Positions 1-12,137 of a DNA stretch of 64,000 bases are shown piece by piece (positions within the stretch are counted from its first letter, which is position 1; each line of letters begins with the position of its first letter). The translations under genes were made by a program, and so were the position numbers. The stretch covers positions 6,033,245-6,097,244 of the forward strand of contig MU058824.1 of NCBI GenBank assembly GCA_013265495.1, given 5' to 3'. A model generated the notes under the pieces. It had not been told where the DNA came from, did not search any database, and worked only from the letters and a program-made list of their open reading frames with translations. The DNA is from Vicugna vicugna. Its lineage: Eukaryota.

Positions 1-82
1 GGTCTACATGTAGTTGTACTTTACATGTGTCCATGGGAGGAGATGAGTTCAGGCTCTTTCTACTCTACCATCTTGATGAAGA
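1..82 (-). mobile_element. 5' tip of an L1 5'UTR (element continues left out of the window)
   Basis: Reverse complement caagatggtagagtagaaagagcctgaactc...tacaacta aligns by eye with the L1 5' start at ~12148 (caagatgatggagcagaaagatgctgtgttc...tacaacta). Confidence 0.7.
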
Positions 83-168
83 GCTCAGTAACACTGTAAA
101 AAGTATTCTGTTGAAATCCTGTTGCTTTACAGTTTAGAGATAGAAAAAAAAAGGTCAATTATCTAATT

Positions 169-385
169 CAGAGTTGGTGAACATTTTCTGTAAAGGTCCA
201 GAGAGTAAATATTTAAGGCTCTGTGGACCATATTATCTTTGCAGTAATTACTCAACTCTGCCACTGTGGCACAAAAGAACCATAGATAATATATAAATGA
301 ATGGGTATGGCTGTGTTTCAATAGAATTTACAAAAACAGGTGGCAGGTTAGGTTTGTTCCACAGGCCATGGTTTTCCCACACCTG
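169..385 (+). mobile_element. MER58A hAT-Charlie MITE
   Basis: End-to-end match to recalled consensus (ttttctgtaaagg.ccaga.agtaaatattt...actcaactctgcc...ggctgtgttt.caata...cctg). Confidence 0.85.
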
Positions 386-447
386 ATCTGATCTAATATT
401 CATTTTCTAAAAGATGAAATGGCTCCATGGATCTTTGTGTTAGTAAT

Positions 448-900
448 TGTGGTCAATTGTTATTACATTCTACATGATTCTAGAGAATTATTCATCTCCA
501 TATCTGTTCCCTGTTTAGTCTTCTCCCACAATGACTTTGCTGAGCCATGTGACTTGTTTGGCCAATGAGATATCAGCAAATATGATGTGAGCAGAAGCTA
601 GATAAAGGCTTGTGCATTGGGGCTTATGCTCTCTTCTTGCTTTTCTACTACTATATAGAAAAGCATGGGCTAGCCTCCTGGAGGATGGGAGCGCATACAG
701 AGAGCAGCCTGAGCTTCCCCAGCCATGGCCCAAATACAAGACTGAGTTTAGCTCAAAACATAGTGGTACAGAGCCAAGCTATCTCAGCTGAGCCTAGCCC
801 TACTTGCCAACCCACAGATTCATGAGCAAAGAAATGGTGGGTTGTTTTAAACCATTATATTTTGGGCTGAGCTGGTGGACAGTCATAGGTAAATGATATA
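448..900 (+). mobile_element. MLT1 (H/I/J-like) MaLR solo LTR
   Basis: Starts tgtggt; gccatgtgacttgtttggccaatg core; 3' ttgttttaaacca...ttttggg motif. Confidence 0.75.
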
Positions 901-1341
901 GTAATCCAGGAGTGCAAAACCCCCAAACACTCAGTCTCAAACATATTTGCTCTGTTAGTGTAACCAAAGCAAGAAATGAATGAGCTATGTATTTAACTTG
1001 TGAATTTGTCGCTTTCTAAGCAGTCAGTTTGGAAGATTCTAAATTTCTGGATTGTCCTAACAACCAAATGGACTGTGTTTGTCCATTTTTGAATATTTTT
1101 CTGAATATTCAGAATTGCTATGAGACATAGCTCAGATTCACTGATTAATTCATAACAAACCTCCACTTTCCTTAATTAAAAAGGCTCCATGATGATGATA
1201 TATAGAAAAACTGATAGAAATAGCTAGTTTGTAAACAGATTGTCCTGACTGAGGTTCCTCAAACTACTTCCCTTTGGTTTACAAACATGAAATCTAAGTG
1301 GAGTTTTACTTAACAAACTAATTGTTACGCTAAATGGTTAG

Positions 1342-1344
<3 letters not shown>

Positions 1345-1376
<32 letters not shown>
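1345..1376. repeat. (AT)16 microsatellite
   Basis: Seen directly. Confidence 0.95.
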
Positions 1377-1379
<3 letters not shown>

Positions 1380-2349
1380 GTCCCAAGTTTATGAGTCATG
1401 ATTCTAACTTTTATATGCCATTTTCAAGACTGTTATCCTCTTAATAAGCTCAATATTGCCAATACATTTATCTTAAGAGACAACAAAAAATCCAATTCCA
1501 TTGATCACATAATTTTATAAACCTTCTTAATAAGTCTGAGAATATATACAACCAAGAATACCATGGAGCACACGTGCTTCATATATGAAGTTTCGTAAAA
1601 AGAGATTCAGAGGACAAATTAAATTTTTCTTAGCTTCTAAACACAAACAAAGGCTCTTACATGGAAAACTGATTTTCTATAACTGACTGACAAGGGCCTA
1701 CAACACTACTAAAAAGTTACCAGTTAGAATTAGTGAAATACACCCATTAATGGATTATAGGCTTTGAAATAGTTAAGCCTCTGCACTTGGGTTGAGTTTT
1801 CTGATACCACGTTTTCATAAATATGTTGGTAAGATATAGATTACACTGCAGTGTGGTTTGTGGAAAGCAGAGAATGTCATTATAGGTTCTGTGTTCTCTC
1901 TGTAGAATATCTGGTTCATTCATAATCTTACAAATGTGATAGTTACTCTCTACCAGTTAAGAAACACTGAATAAACTCTATAAAGTTTATTTATAAGGGG
2001 GAGGAGGGTCTCTAAAACCTGGGAAAAGTTTCAGGAATGTCCAAGAAAAAGAGAAGTTCAAAGATATATTTTGGGAAATTTCAAAAAGAATTTTGGGAGA
2101 AGTTGACAGATGAAGGGCAGACAAATTAAGGAATAATAGGTGGTAATGGGAACATCATGATGCTGCATAACTGTACCTGAAAACCAGAACCAACTAGAAT
2201 GGAGAGCATGGGACCTGCTATGGGAAAAGGGACTCTCCATTCAAGGTTCTGGAACACATCTAGGAGGACTGGGTTCAGATTCACTGGGCCCCTTGCCACT
2301 GAAACATTGATTCTTCAACCATTGGCAATCCTGTTTTAGAGAGATAGTT

Positions 2350-2750
2350 AGGTATAATGAAATAAAGAAGCAAAACATGCTCTTTCAACCAACAAGACAT
2401 ACACTTCAGCTCTTACATTTGCTAATTGTGACAACTTGGACAAAATAAAACCAATATGGATAATACCCTAAAGATTTACTGTGAGCATTAAATTAATTCA
2501 TTTATGTAAAGAATCCTAGCAGGATATCTGGCAGTTAGGAGACCCTCAACAAATGCTCTCTTCTTTTTTTTCTATTTTCTTTTTCTTGTCCTGCCTCTGG
2601 CATAAAGCATAAATACTCTATAACTCTGGCTAAGTCAATTAATCTACCTGTGTCTTATCTTCCTTTTCTGTAAAATGGACATAACCAAATTTTAAGGTTG
2701 GTTCCATGTATAAATCAATGAATTGTGAAAGGATATCACAAGTGTTCATA
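2350..2750 (+). mobile_element. Two adjacent MIR SINE fragments
   Basis: MIR core and 3' motifs (gtgagcattaaatta...atgtaaag; tctgtaaaatgg). Confidence 0.6.
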
Positions 2751-2999
2751 ATAACCCTGTGGTTTACATAAATATGCATTCAAAGTATAAATATACTCAT
2801 TATTGTAATTCTAATATAATATGTTGACTGCTGTTTCAAATTTTAGCAATTATTCACTGGACACAAACTTGCAAACCAGTCTTGGGGGTGATGAGGTCTA
2901 GTGAACACATTCTCACAGAACTTAAAGGTAGTATTTTGGGTATTTATAGGCATTTCATTCCCCTATTCCACCTAAAGTGCTTTGCCAGTTAATTAATTC

Positions 3000-3150
3000 T
3001 CTCTGGGAAAGGCAGATTAAGTATTATTAGCCTCCTGACCATATCAGTTGGGGGCAATTGAGCTAAGCATTTGCCCCAGTTCCTGAAGAAAGTAATATCA
3101 GAGCCAGGTTTAGCACTTGGGTTCCCCTAGTCCCCAGCCTTGTGCTCATT
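3000..3150 (-). mobile_element. MIR fragment
   Basis: tattattagcctc...attgag...ttgccc...agagccagg antisense MIR motifs. Confidence 0.5.
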
Positions 3151-3989
3151 TCATACTTCTCAGTCAAAGCTGGGATTGTTTCTGGTGCAAAATTACACAC
3201 AGCAGTGCTGTCATTTTTATTATTTAAAGATTTCAGGGATGTGAGGAATGGTTAAACATGCGTTCTAAGAGATGTATAAGGATATGGAAAAGACTTGGGG
3301 GACTTCAGTTAAAAAAATACATGCTGTCATTATTCAAGTTTCTGTTCTTATTTCAGAGAAAAACACATAGCTAAAATTGAGAGTAACAATACTGTAGAAC
3401 TGAAATACAACTCAATGGTATTCAATAATAACAAAAGATGTGTATAAACTAGGGACCCCTGCCACAGGATGACGTAGATTTCCTACTACTTGCAAATATA
3501 CTCGTGCCCTCATGATGGGGCAATTCACTTATCAGATATTGAGCCTATGGTTTAATTCTTATCTGCTTTTCTGATTACTTCATAAATTTCAGATTGTATA
3601 AAAATAACCATTTTGCTAGCATCTGTTAGGCAGGAGATTGATTTTGGCCGATCTAACATTCATTTGCAGTCACATTTATAGACTAGAGACTTCCTCTGAG
3701 GTCTATGCCCATACAGAAGCAGAGAAAGCCTGAGGTACTGGAATGTTATAAAATGTCTATCTCTCCCAGAAAGTCTTATTTTTTTTCCACTCTTAGTTTT
3801 TCACTGTGGTCAGTGGAATTTATTCATCCTGGAAGCATAAGCCTACCTACATAAAGTTCTAAGCCATGAAGGACTTAATTTGGTCTTGAAGCTTAAGAAA
3901 GCATCCTGTAGCCAAGGTTAAATTTCAGATTTTCTTGAAAAGTTTCTAACCAATGGCAACTTGAGAAGCTAAACCAAATGCCTTTAAAT

Positions 3990-4152
3990 CTTGCTATTCA
4001 AAATGTGATCCAACAACCAAGAGCATCAATATTACCTGGGAGCTTTCAGAAGAATGGAATTTCAGACCCCAACTACAACCTACTGAATCAGCACCTTCAT
4101 TTAAACAAGAATTCCAAAGACTTACATGCTCATTAAAGTTTGAGAAGCACTG
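3990..4152. mobile_element. MER5-family hAT-Charlie MITE
   Basis: acctgggagctt...cctactgaatcag...ttaaagtttgagaagcactg terminus. Confidence 0.8.
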
Positions 4153-4539
4153 TCAAAGAATTTCTGGGTCAAGCCTACACTGTCTTTTAGGACACATCTC
4201 AAACACATTTGGATAGGGGAGAGGAGTAGATGTTATTCAGTGAGGTATGTGGGAGAATCACAGAACATAGACCAAGATAGGAATAGATTTTGCTCTGTTA
4301 TTGGGGGCAATAATAACTCATCTATAAAATAAAGTGATTCTTTTAGTGTCCTGAGTCTCCCATGCTGTCATTCTAAGAGGCTTGAGGGGACAGTTATGGT
4401 TTTTCTCTTTCAAGTACTCCTTTTGCTTACAATCTTCTTTTGATAAGAGAACCCCTCCTCTTTCCCTCTTTTCTTTCATGTGGTAGAAGAAGAGGTGACC
4501 CCACCACAACAAAAAAAGAGATAATTGTAACAACATTGT

Positions 4540-4676
4540 ATTAGCTGTGAATCCAACCACATCTGAAGACTGCTTTGTGTTTTATGATTGTGTATGAGAA
4601 AAGATTTCTCTTTTTTCTTGACCTAGTTTAAATTGAGTTTCTCTAAAGCACAAATGAGAAGATTCTGACAAATACA
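4540..4676 (+). mobile_element. 3' end of an old MLT1 (K/L-like) LTR
   Basis: ctagtttaaattgagtttct...ctgacaaataca resembles the MLT1 3' terminus. Confidence 0.45.
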
Positions 4677-4789
4677 GCAGCCCATTAATTTTACTTTTCT
4701 GATGCTTTTGTTCACTGACACTGATGTTTCACCAAGTGTTTGAGGAAAAGCTCCAACATGAAAGAAAGATTTTTAAAATTTTTAAATAA

Positions 4790-6270
4790 AAAAGTGAGAT
4801 TTTAAAAAACTTTTCAAATATTCAGATAATAAAAAGAAATATTACGTCTATAAAACAATAACCGCATGGTATGTAAAACAGAAAAGCAGAGATACTGGGA
4901 GAACAAGAGTTCTTATAAGTTAAAAATACACTAACCAAAATAAACATGTTAATGTTATAAGTGTTGGAAGACAAAGTTGAGAAAAATCTCTCAGATAATA
5001 AAATAAAAAGTAGAGCTGGGAAAAATGAGAAACATAACAGAAATTGGAGAATTCATTCAGGAGTTTTACCTTCTCACTAAGAGTAGTTCCAAAAAGAGAG
5101 AAAAGGAAAAAAATGGCTGAATACTATAAACAATATAAGAAAATTTCCCAGAACTGAAAGACATGCACTTCAAATCATACAGGCCTACTAAAAAAGCCCA
5201 GAACATTGAATGGAAAAAGTATCAAAGTACATCATCATGAAATGTCACAACATCATGAATAAAGCAAAAGTCATAAAAAGTTTCATATATTATATATATA
5301 TATATATGAAAAGGAATTGACTTGCATTAAACTTAGTAACACCAATAGTATCTACAATGTGATAAAGCTGTATTTTTAAGTTCTAAGGGAAAATTATTTT
5401 CAAGCTAGAATTCCCTATGTAGCCAAATTACCAATCAACATTTTTAGACGTGCAAGGAATAATAATAATTTGAGTGTACCTTTTACTCAACTAATAATAA
5501 TAATTTTGATGCACCTTTTATTAGAAGGCTTCTGAAGGATATGCTATAGAATATGGGAACGTTACCTAAATGAAATCCAGGAAACAGGGATTGAAACACA
5601 GGAGGGTAGTAGAAGAATGTCCCAGAATGACAGCTATTTTTCTGACAAAAGGAGAATATGAAAGACTAGATTGGAATAAATCAGAGGGATGTCAAAGGAG
5701 GGTTCTTGGGAAAAAAAATTAACCAATATATTATTTGATATTTTGGCATGTAGAAATATTTTTACCATTGCAACAACTATTGAGCTATTTGCAAAAAGTA
5801 GCAATAGATTCATAGAGAATTAAATAAATAAATATTTGAGAAAATTTTTAACCACAAAAAGTACCTTAAAGTAAAAGAAGTCACAGAATATTCCCTAGCT
5901 ATGCAATGTACAATACTTACAAGGTAATAATATTAGAAATACTAACAATTGATTTAACCGAAGTTGTGGTAGAAGAGTGTAATAGGATAATGGAAACAGA
6001 GAAATTAGAAGAATAATGAAAAGAGATAAATGCTAAACTATCATATCAGAAGTTAGTATACAGTACCCAAATATTGATAATTCAGAAAATAGCAGTACTT
6101 ATCACTTAGTTAGAAATATCTAGGTGAATAAAAGAAGAAATAGTTTTTGAGGGGGGAGGAAGGGATGGAAATAAGGACTTCTTGTTTCTCTTCATAAATT
6201 TTTGAAAAAATAACTGCTTTAAAAATATGTGAATCTATTATTCTAGTGAAAACAATTTTTAATCTTCAAT
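4790..6270 (+). mobile_element. HAL1 / ancient L1 ORF1-like remnant
   Basis: A-rich decayed ORF1 motifs (gaaaatttcccagaactgaaagacatg; ttctaagggaaaattattttcaagctagaatt) followed by 3'UTR-like sequence, no ORF2. Confidence 0.65.
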
Positions 6271-6869
6271 ACATTTTGAAAGCTAGGTAGGCATCCTGGA
6301 GGGAGACTAGAGAGAAGCTCCTTTTTAAAGCAGGAAGGCAGAGGAAAATATTACCTGAGATTGGGAATGGGGAGAGACTTGTAAGCACAGGTCCATGGCA
6401 GAATCCTGAAAGATGCATCCTTTTTAGAGGGGAAACCACCTAGATGCTGTAAAGGGGAAGTTTCCCTGTGGTACAAAAGCAAAAAGCCACTGGATTTTGA
6501 AGAATCTCAGTAGATTTGAACAAAGAGGATTTTAGAAGAGATGAAAACAAAAAGCAATGTATTTGACCAAACTCAGAACCCTGAGGTTTGCTCTCTTAAC
6601 ACTCTGTACAGAAATTATGAAGCCAAATTGCCTGGATGAAGTAATCAAAGCAATAGTAGAAAGAGTTTGTTTAATGATAAAAGCAGAAGAAGCAATAAAT
6701 GGAAATGTGACATGGGTGAAAGCTGAGAATTCAAAGAAACTGGACAAGAAAGAAAGGGAACGAATAAGAGGAACCAAGAGATTATATTGCTGCTTGAAAA
6801 TTGTAAAGATCTACACTACAGTCAATATTTCAGGTAAGTTAGTATCATGCCTAAAGAATTAAATCGCAA

Positions 6870-7030
6870 GGATGTCAATTACTATGTGATCCTGAGCAAT
6901 TCAATTAACCTTTTAGGTCTTCGTTTCCAATGTGTAAAATGAGGATAATACCTATTTCATAATGTTGAAGAAGGAAACATTAAAATGACTTTAATAGATG
7001 AGAGCATTTAGGAAATGGTAAATCTCTATG
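6870..7030 (+). mobile_element. MIR
   Basis: tatgtgatcctgagcaattcaattaacc...tgtaaaatgaggataatacct core. Confidence 0.7.
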
Positions 7031-8953
7031 GCAAAAGTTCCGATGTGAAAAGTAAATCTCCCCAAGAGAATACTTTTAAAAGGGAGAAAGTTTAGTGAGG
7101 TGCGAGCAGAAAAGAAAAGATGGTTTTGCCATCAGTCTTCTCTGGGAAGAATATGTTAAGACCATTATCTGTTTAATTGAACATCCCAAGCCTGATCTAT
7201 TTCTATTTGATTCTGGCATTTGAGATTGGCAAAAATAATACCCTTTTACCATAATCTAGAAATTTAAGAAAAATTTTCAAGATTAAAAATATTTCCAATA
7301 GCACAATAATTTAAGCAGAAGGTGGGGTTTACATAATGGAAAACTCTAGAAACAAAATAGTAGGAATACAATTTTAGAGAAAATAGCAAGTGTATGTCAG
7401 AAAGGTCTCTAAGTGATGTGTGACAAAAGCCTCTTTCCTGTTAGGAATTTTATGTTGGCAACAACTTGGTTTTCCTCACTCTGACTCTTTGGCTTTGCAT
7501 TTGTTCTGATTTTATGCTTTATTAGCACCTTGCCACTTTAATATTAAGTGGCTCAAAACATGAGAAAAGTAAGAAATATTTAACATGATAATGTAACTAA
7601 CTACTGACATCTAATCTCCCATATTAGTTGCATTACTATTCCTGAGAATAGTAATCCCTCTGCATTTTGTTGGATATTTCCACCTAGTTTGAATAACAAC
7701 GGTTATCAAAAATTGTTTTAGCCTTTCACACAATTATCAAAAAAATTTTAAATGCTCATAAATTGAATTTATTTGAGGTAATTTTTCAAAGAGAAAACTA
7801 AATTTTTCTGGGTGGTTTAGTTTTTTTGTTTGTTTGTTTTTGGTTAACCCTTAAAGCATTATTAATCCCCTCCCTCAAATCCTACGATTCTTAGATTCAT
7901 TTTATGATTCTACAGCTTCACACACCACTGGTAAATCAGGTGAGTTGATTCTAAGCTATTAAAACTGTCATTTGGTGAAAAAATAGGTAAAATGATAAGC
8001 TGAAAGGTACTACATGCAAGGGTTTGAATGGAGACTTCAATTTCATTTTGAGCCACATTTTTTTCCTTTCCTTTGGGGAAATTTTTTATTATTCCAAGGA
8101 AAAGAAAAAGCCTGACATTATCTCAGGGGCTTTGTAGGCTGCAATGAATGGGCTGCATTTAGAGAAACTAGCAGTTGTTGTCTTGAATTTCTCACAAAGG
8201 ACAGAGATTCCTGACTAGAAATTACCCACTAATGTTATCCCTATTTATTTGTTCAGCCTAGGATTTCAAGTTCATTTTCAGCCTGAAATCCTAGACTAAT
8301 GTTTCTCTTACTTTTACATTTATAAATGAAATTCAACTAACATTAGTTTTTTTAAACAATTTAAAAAATAACAATAAGTGAATCCTATTCTATGTCTCAA
8401 ACTGCATAAAATCACAGGTTTGAAAATGTCTACTAAATGCAATAAAGACAAATACTTAAGGCCATCCTATATATCAAATTTACCATTGGGATGATCCTTC
8501 CTATGACTGCCAAGTAATAAGTGATGTATATAATACTGAATGTGAATAGTAACTTCTAATGGATTTTTTTAAAGTGGGCTCTGCAATGCATATTCCAAGT
8601 TTCCACTGTAAGCATAATAACTGCTTTCAAGTAGAGGGCTTAACAGATATTCTTTTCAAATAGACAGCTAAACTGGCAGACCAGGACTCAGTTCCTTTTT
8701 TTGCTGCTACATGTGTTCCCTCCAGAACCTTGTTCATTGGATACCTGGTGGTTCTGTTGATTGGCTGTTGAGGAAAATTCATAATTCTCTAAATTAATTC
8801 CAGAAATAAAGCTAAAAACAAATATGCTTCAACAGTTTGTAATGTAACAAAACTTTAACAAAATTCAAAAATTTAGATCAAAATTTAAGTACCTCAAACT
8901 AGGTTTTGTATGATTTCCCACTTCCCTTGCTGTGTTTTCAGTAAAAAAATTCT

Positions 8954-8955
8954 GA

Positions 8956-9023
<68 letters not shown>

Positions 9024-9066
9024 AAAGAGAAGAGAAGAGAAAAGAAAAGAAAAGAAAAGAAAAAAA
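8954..9066. repeat. (GAAA)~18 microsatellite with degenerate GAAAA tail
   Basis: Seen directly; explains the low-complexity ORFs at 8894-9176. Confidence 0.95.
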
Positions 9067-9484
9067 GTACAACACTTTTAGGGATAGCAATTACTTGGAA
9101 AGACATTCACTGGGCAAACTTTCAATCATTCTTCATGCCACACTCCTTGAACAAGGAGATATCAGAAATGCCATGACTATTATTAAATAATTGAAAACTA
9201 AAAAAAATTAAAAAATAAAAAACCTGAACCATAATATACTCTGCCCTCATACTCTCTTCTGCCAACTCACTGGCAGAACACAATTAGACTGTGCTGGACA
9301 CTTCAGGCACCCTGCCACCCAAAAGAACATTATTTATTAGTGCACTATTTTACTACAGTCAATTATACTGAGAACTCTTTACACACAGGCTAGAATTCAG
9401 ATTTTGATCTAGATAGATACAGGCTGGTGGCTTCAAGCTATGCCAGCAGCAGGTTGTGTTTTTAAAGTGTGTTTGTTTTGGCGG

Positions 9485-10325
9485 TTGTTGTTGAAATACA
9501 CTGTAAAATTCACCCTGTTAAGTCTACAATTCAGTGGGGTTTAGCATACATATAAAGTGCAATTATAACCAATATCCAATTCCAGAACATTTTCATCACT
9601 TCAAAAAGAAACCTCTGTAAGCATTAGCAACCTTTACTCATCCCCCATGCCCCCAGCACCTAGAAACCAACTAATCTACTTTCTGTCTCTATGAATGTGT
9701 TTACCTTGGACATTTCATGTAAAAGGAATCATATAATATGCAGCCTTTTGTGTCTGGCATCTTTCACTTAGCATAAGGTTTTCAAGATTCATCCATGTTG
9801 TAACATGTATCAGTACTTTACTTCTTTTTATGACTGAACAATATTCCATTGTATGAATAAACTACATTTTACCTATCCATTTTTCAGTTATTGGCCAATT
9901 GGGGGTCCTTTGTACTTTTAACTATTATGAATAATGCTGCCATGAACATTCATATACAAGTTTCTGCATAGAGTTAGGTTTTCCATTAATTTGGGTATGT
10001 ATCTATGAGTGGAATTATTGGATCATGTGGTAGATCTATGCTCAGATTATTGAGAAACTACCAACTATTTTCCATAGTAGCTGCACCATTTTACATTTCC
10101 AGCAGCCAAGTAGGAAGTTTCCACAATCTCCACATGCTCACCAATACTTCTTATTGATCATCTATTTGATTACAGACATCTTAGTAGTTACGAAGAAGTA
10201 TTTTATTGTGGTTTGATCTACATTTCCCTAATGACAAATGATGTTTAGTACCTTTTCATGTGCTTATTGGCCATTGTATATCTTCTTTGGAAATGCCTAT
10301 TCTATTCAAATGCTTTGTCCACTTG
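9485..10325 (-). mobile_element. L1MB-type 3' end, copy 1
   Basis: Antisense L1 3' motifs (taatctactttctgtctctatg; ggaatcatataatatg; ttcaagattcatccatgttgt). Confidence 0.85.
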
Positions 10326-10329
10326 CTTT

Positions 10330-12137
10330 TTAAAACTGCATTACTGAGATATAATTCACATACCATCCAGTTCACCCATTCAAACTGAAAATTCAGTGGT
10401 TTGTGGCAGATCCACAGAGTTGTCCACATCAGTTTTAGAACTTCTTCATCTTCCAAGAAGAAACCTGTAACATTAGCAGTTCTCCCCAGTCCAAAGCCCT
10501 AGGCAATCGCCACCAATCTATTCTCCATCTCTATGGATTTTTATATTCTAGACATTTGATACTAATGAATTCATACAAAATGTAGCCTTTTGTGAATGGC
10601 TTCTTTCACTTAGCATGTTTCCATGATTCATCATGTTGTTGCATTTGTTTTCATGGCTGAATAATATTTCATTATATGGCTAAGCCACATTTTATGTATT
10701 CATTCTTCAGTTGACAGACAACTGAATCATTTCCACTTTTTGGGTATTACAGATAATGCTTCTGTAATCACTTGTGTACCAGTTTTTGTGTAGACATGTT
10801 TCAACTAACTTGAGTTTATATCTAAAAGTGGAATTACTGGGTCAAACTTTATGTTTTACATTTTCATGAATTACCAGACTGTTCTGCAAAGCAGGTGCAC
10901 CATTTTACATTCTCAGCAGCAATATATAAGGGCTACAGTTTCTCCACAACCTTGACAACACTTGTTATTACCTATTATTTTTATTATAAACATCCCAGTA
11001 GCTGTGAAATATCACATTGGGGTTTTAATTTTCATTTCCTTGATGACTAACAATGTTCAGTATCTTTCCATGTGATTATTGGCCAACTGTATATCTTCAT
11101 TGAAAATATGTCTATTCAGTTACTTTGATCATTTTAAATTGGGTTATTTATTCTTTTATTGTTGAGTTGTGAGACTTCTTTATATATTCTGGATACAAGT
11201 CTGTTATCAGGTATATGATTGATTTACAAATATTTTCACCCATTCTGTGCTTATGTGCTTGGTCTCATGTCCAGGAAACCACTACCCAACCCAATGTCAG
11301 AGATATTTATGTCTAAGTCTTCTAAAACTTCGATAATTTTAGCTCTCACATTTAGGTGTCTGACCCATTTTAGAGTTAATTTTTGTATGTGGTATAAAGT
11401 TGGGGTCCAAAGACATACTTTTTGCATTACCACTTATTAAAAAGAATATTATTTCTCCATTGAATTGTCTTGGTACCCTTGTCAAAAATCAACTGAACAT
11501 AAATGTAACAGTTTATTTCTGGACTGTCAATTCTAGTCCATTCATCTATGTCTTTCTTTATGCCAGAGCTACCTACTCTTGATTACTGTAGCTTTGTAGT
11601 AAATTTTGAAATCAAGAAATGTGAGTCCTTCAATTCTACTCTTCTTTTTCAAGATTCTTTTTCAAGATTTTCAAGTTATTCTGGGTCCCTTGCATTTTCA
11701 TATAAATTTTAAAGTCTGCTTGTCAATTTATGAAAAAAAGACAGCTAAGATTTTGACAAAGATTGCATTGAATCTATACATGAATTTCAGGGCTATAACC
11801 ATCTAGAACTATTAAGTTTTCCAATCCATGAACATGGGTCTTTCCATTGATTTAGGCCCTTTTTAAGTTCTGAAAATTATGTTTTACAGATTTTTGATGT
11901 ACAAAAATCTTACACTTTTTTGTTAAATTTATTCCTAAATATTTTATTCTTTCTGATACTGTTGCAAATGGAATTGTCTTTATAATTTCATTTTCAGATT
12001 GTTCACAGCTGGAGTAAAATAATTACAAGTAATATTTGTGTATTGAGCTTGAATCCTACAACTTTTCTGTACTCATTAGTTCTAATGATTTTCTTGTGGA
12101 TTTCAAAGGATTTTCTCAAGCAAGATAATGTTATCTG
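10330..12137 (-). mobile_element. L1MB-type 3'UTR plus 3' part of ORF2, copy 2
   Basis: Same 3' motifs repeated, then ORF2 remnant (ORF 11251-11433: YHIQKLTLKWVRHLNVRAKIIEVLE...DIGLGSGFLDM). Confidence 0.85.

Noticed and set aside
8894..9176. KERK-rich and FLSF-rich ORFs
   Set aside because: Translations of the (GAAA)n microsatellite
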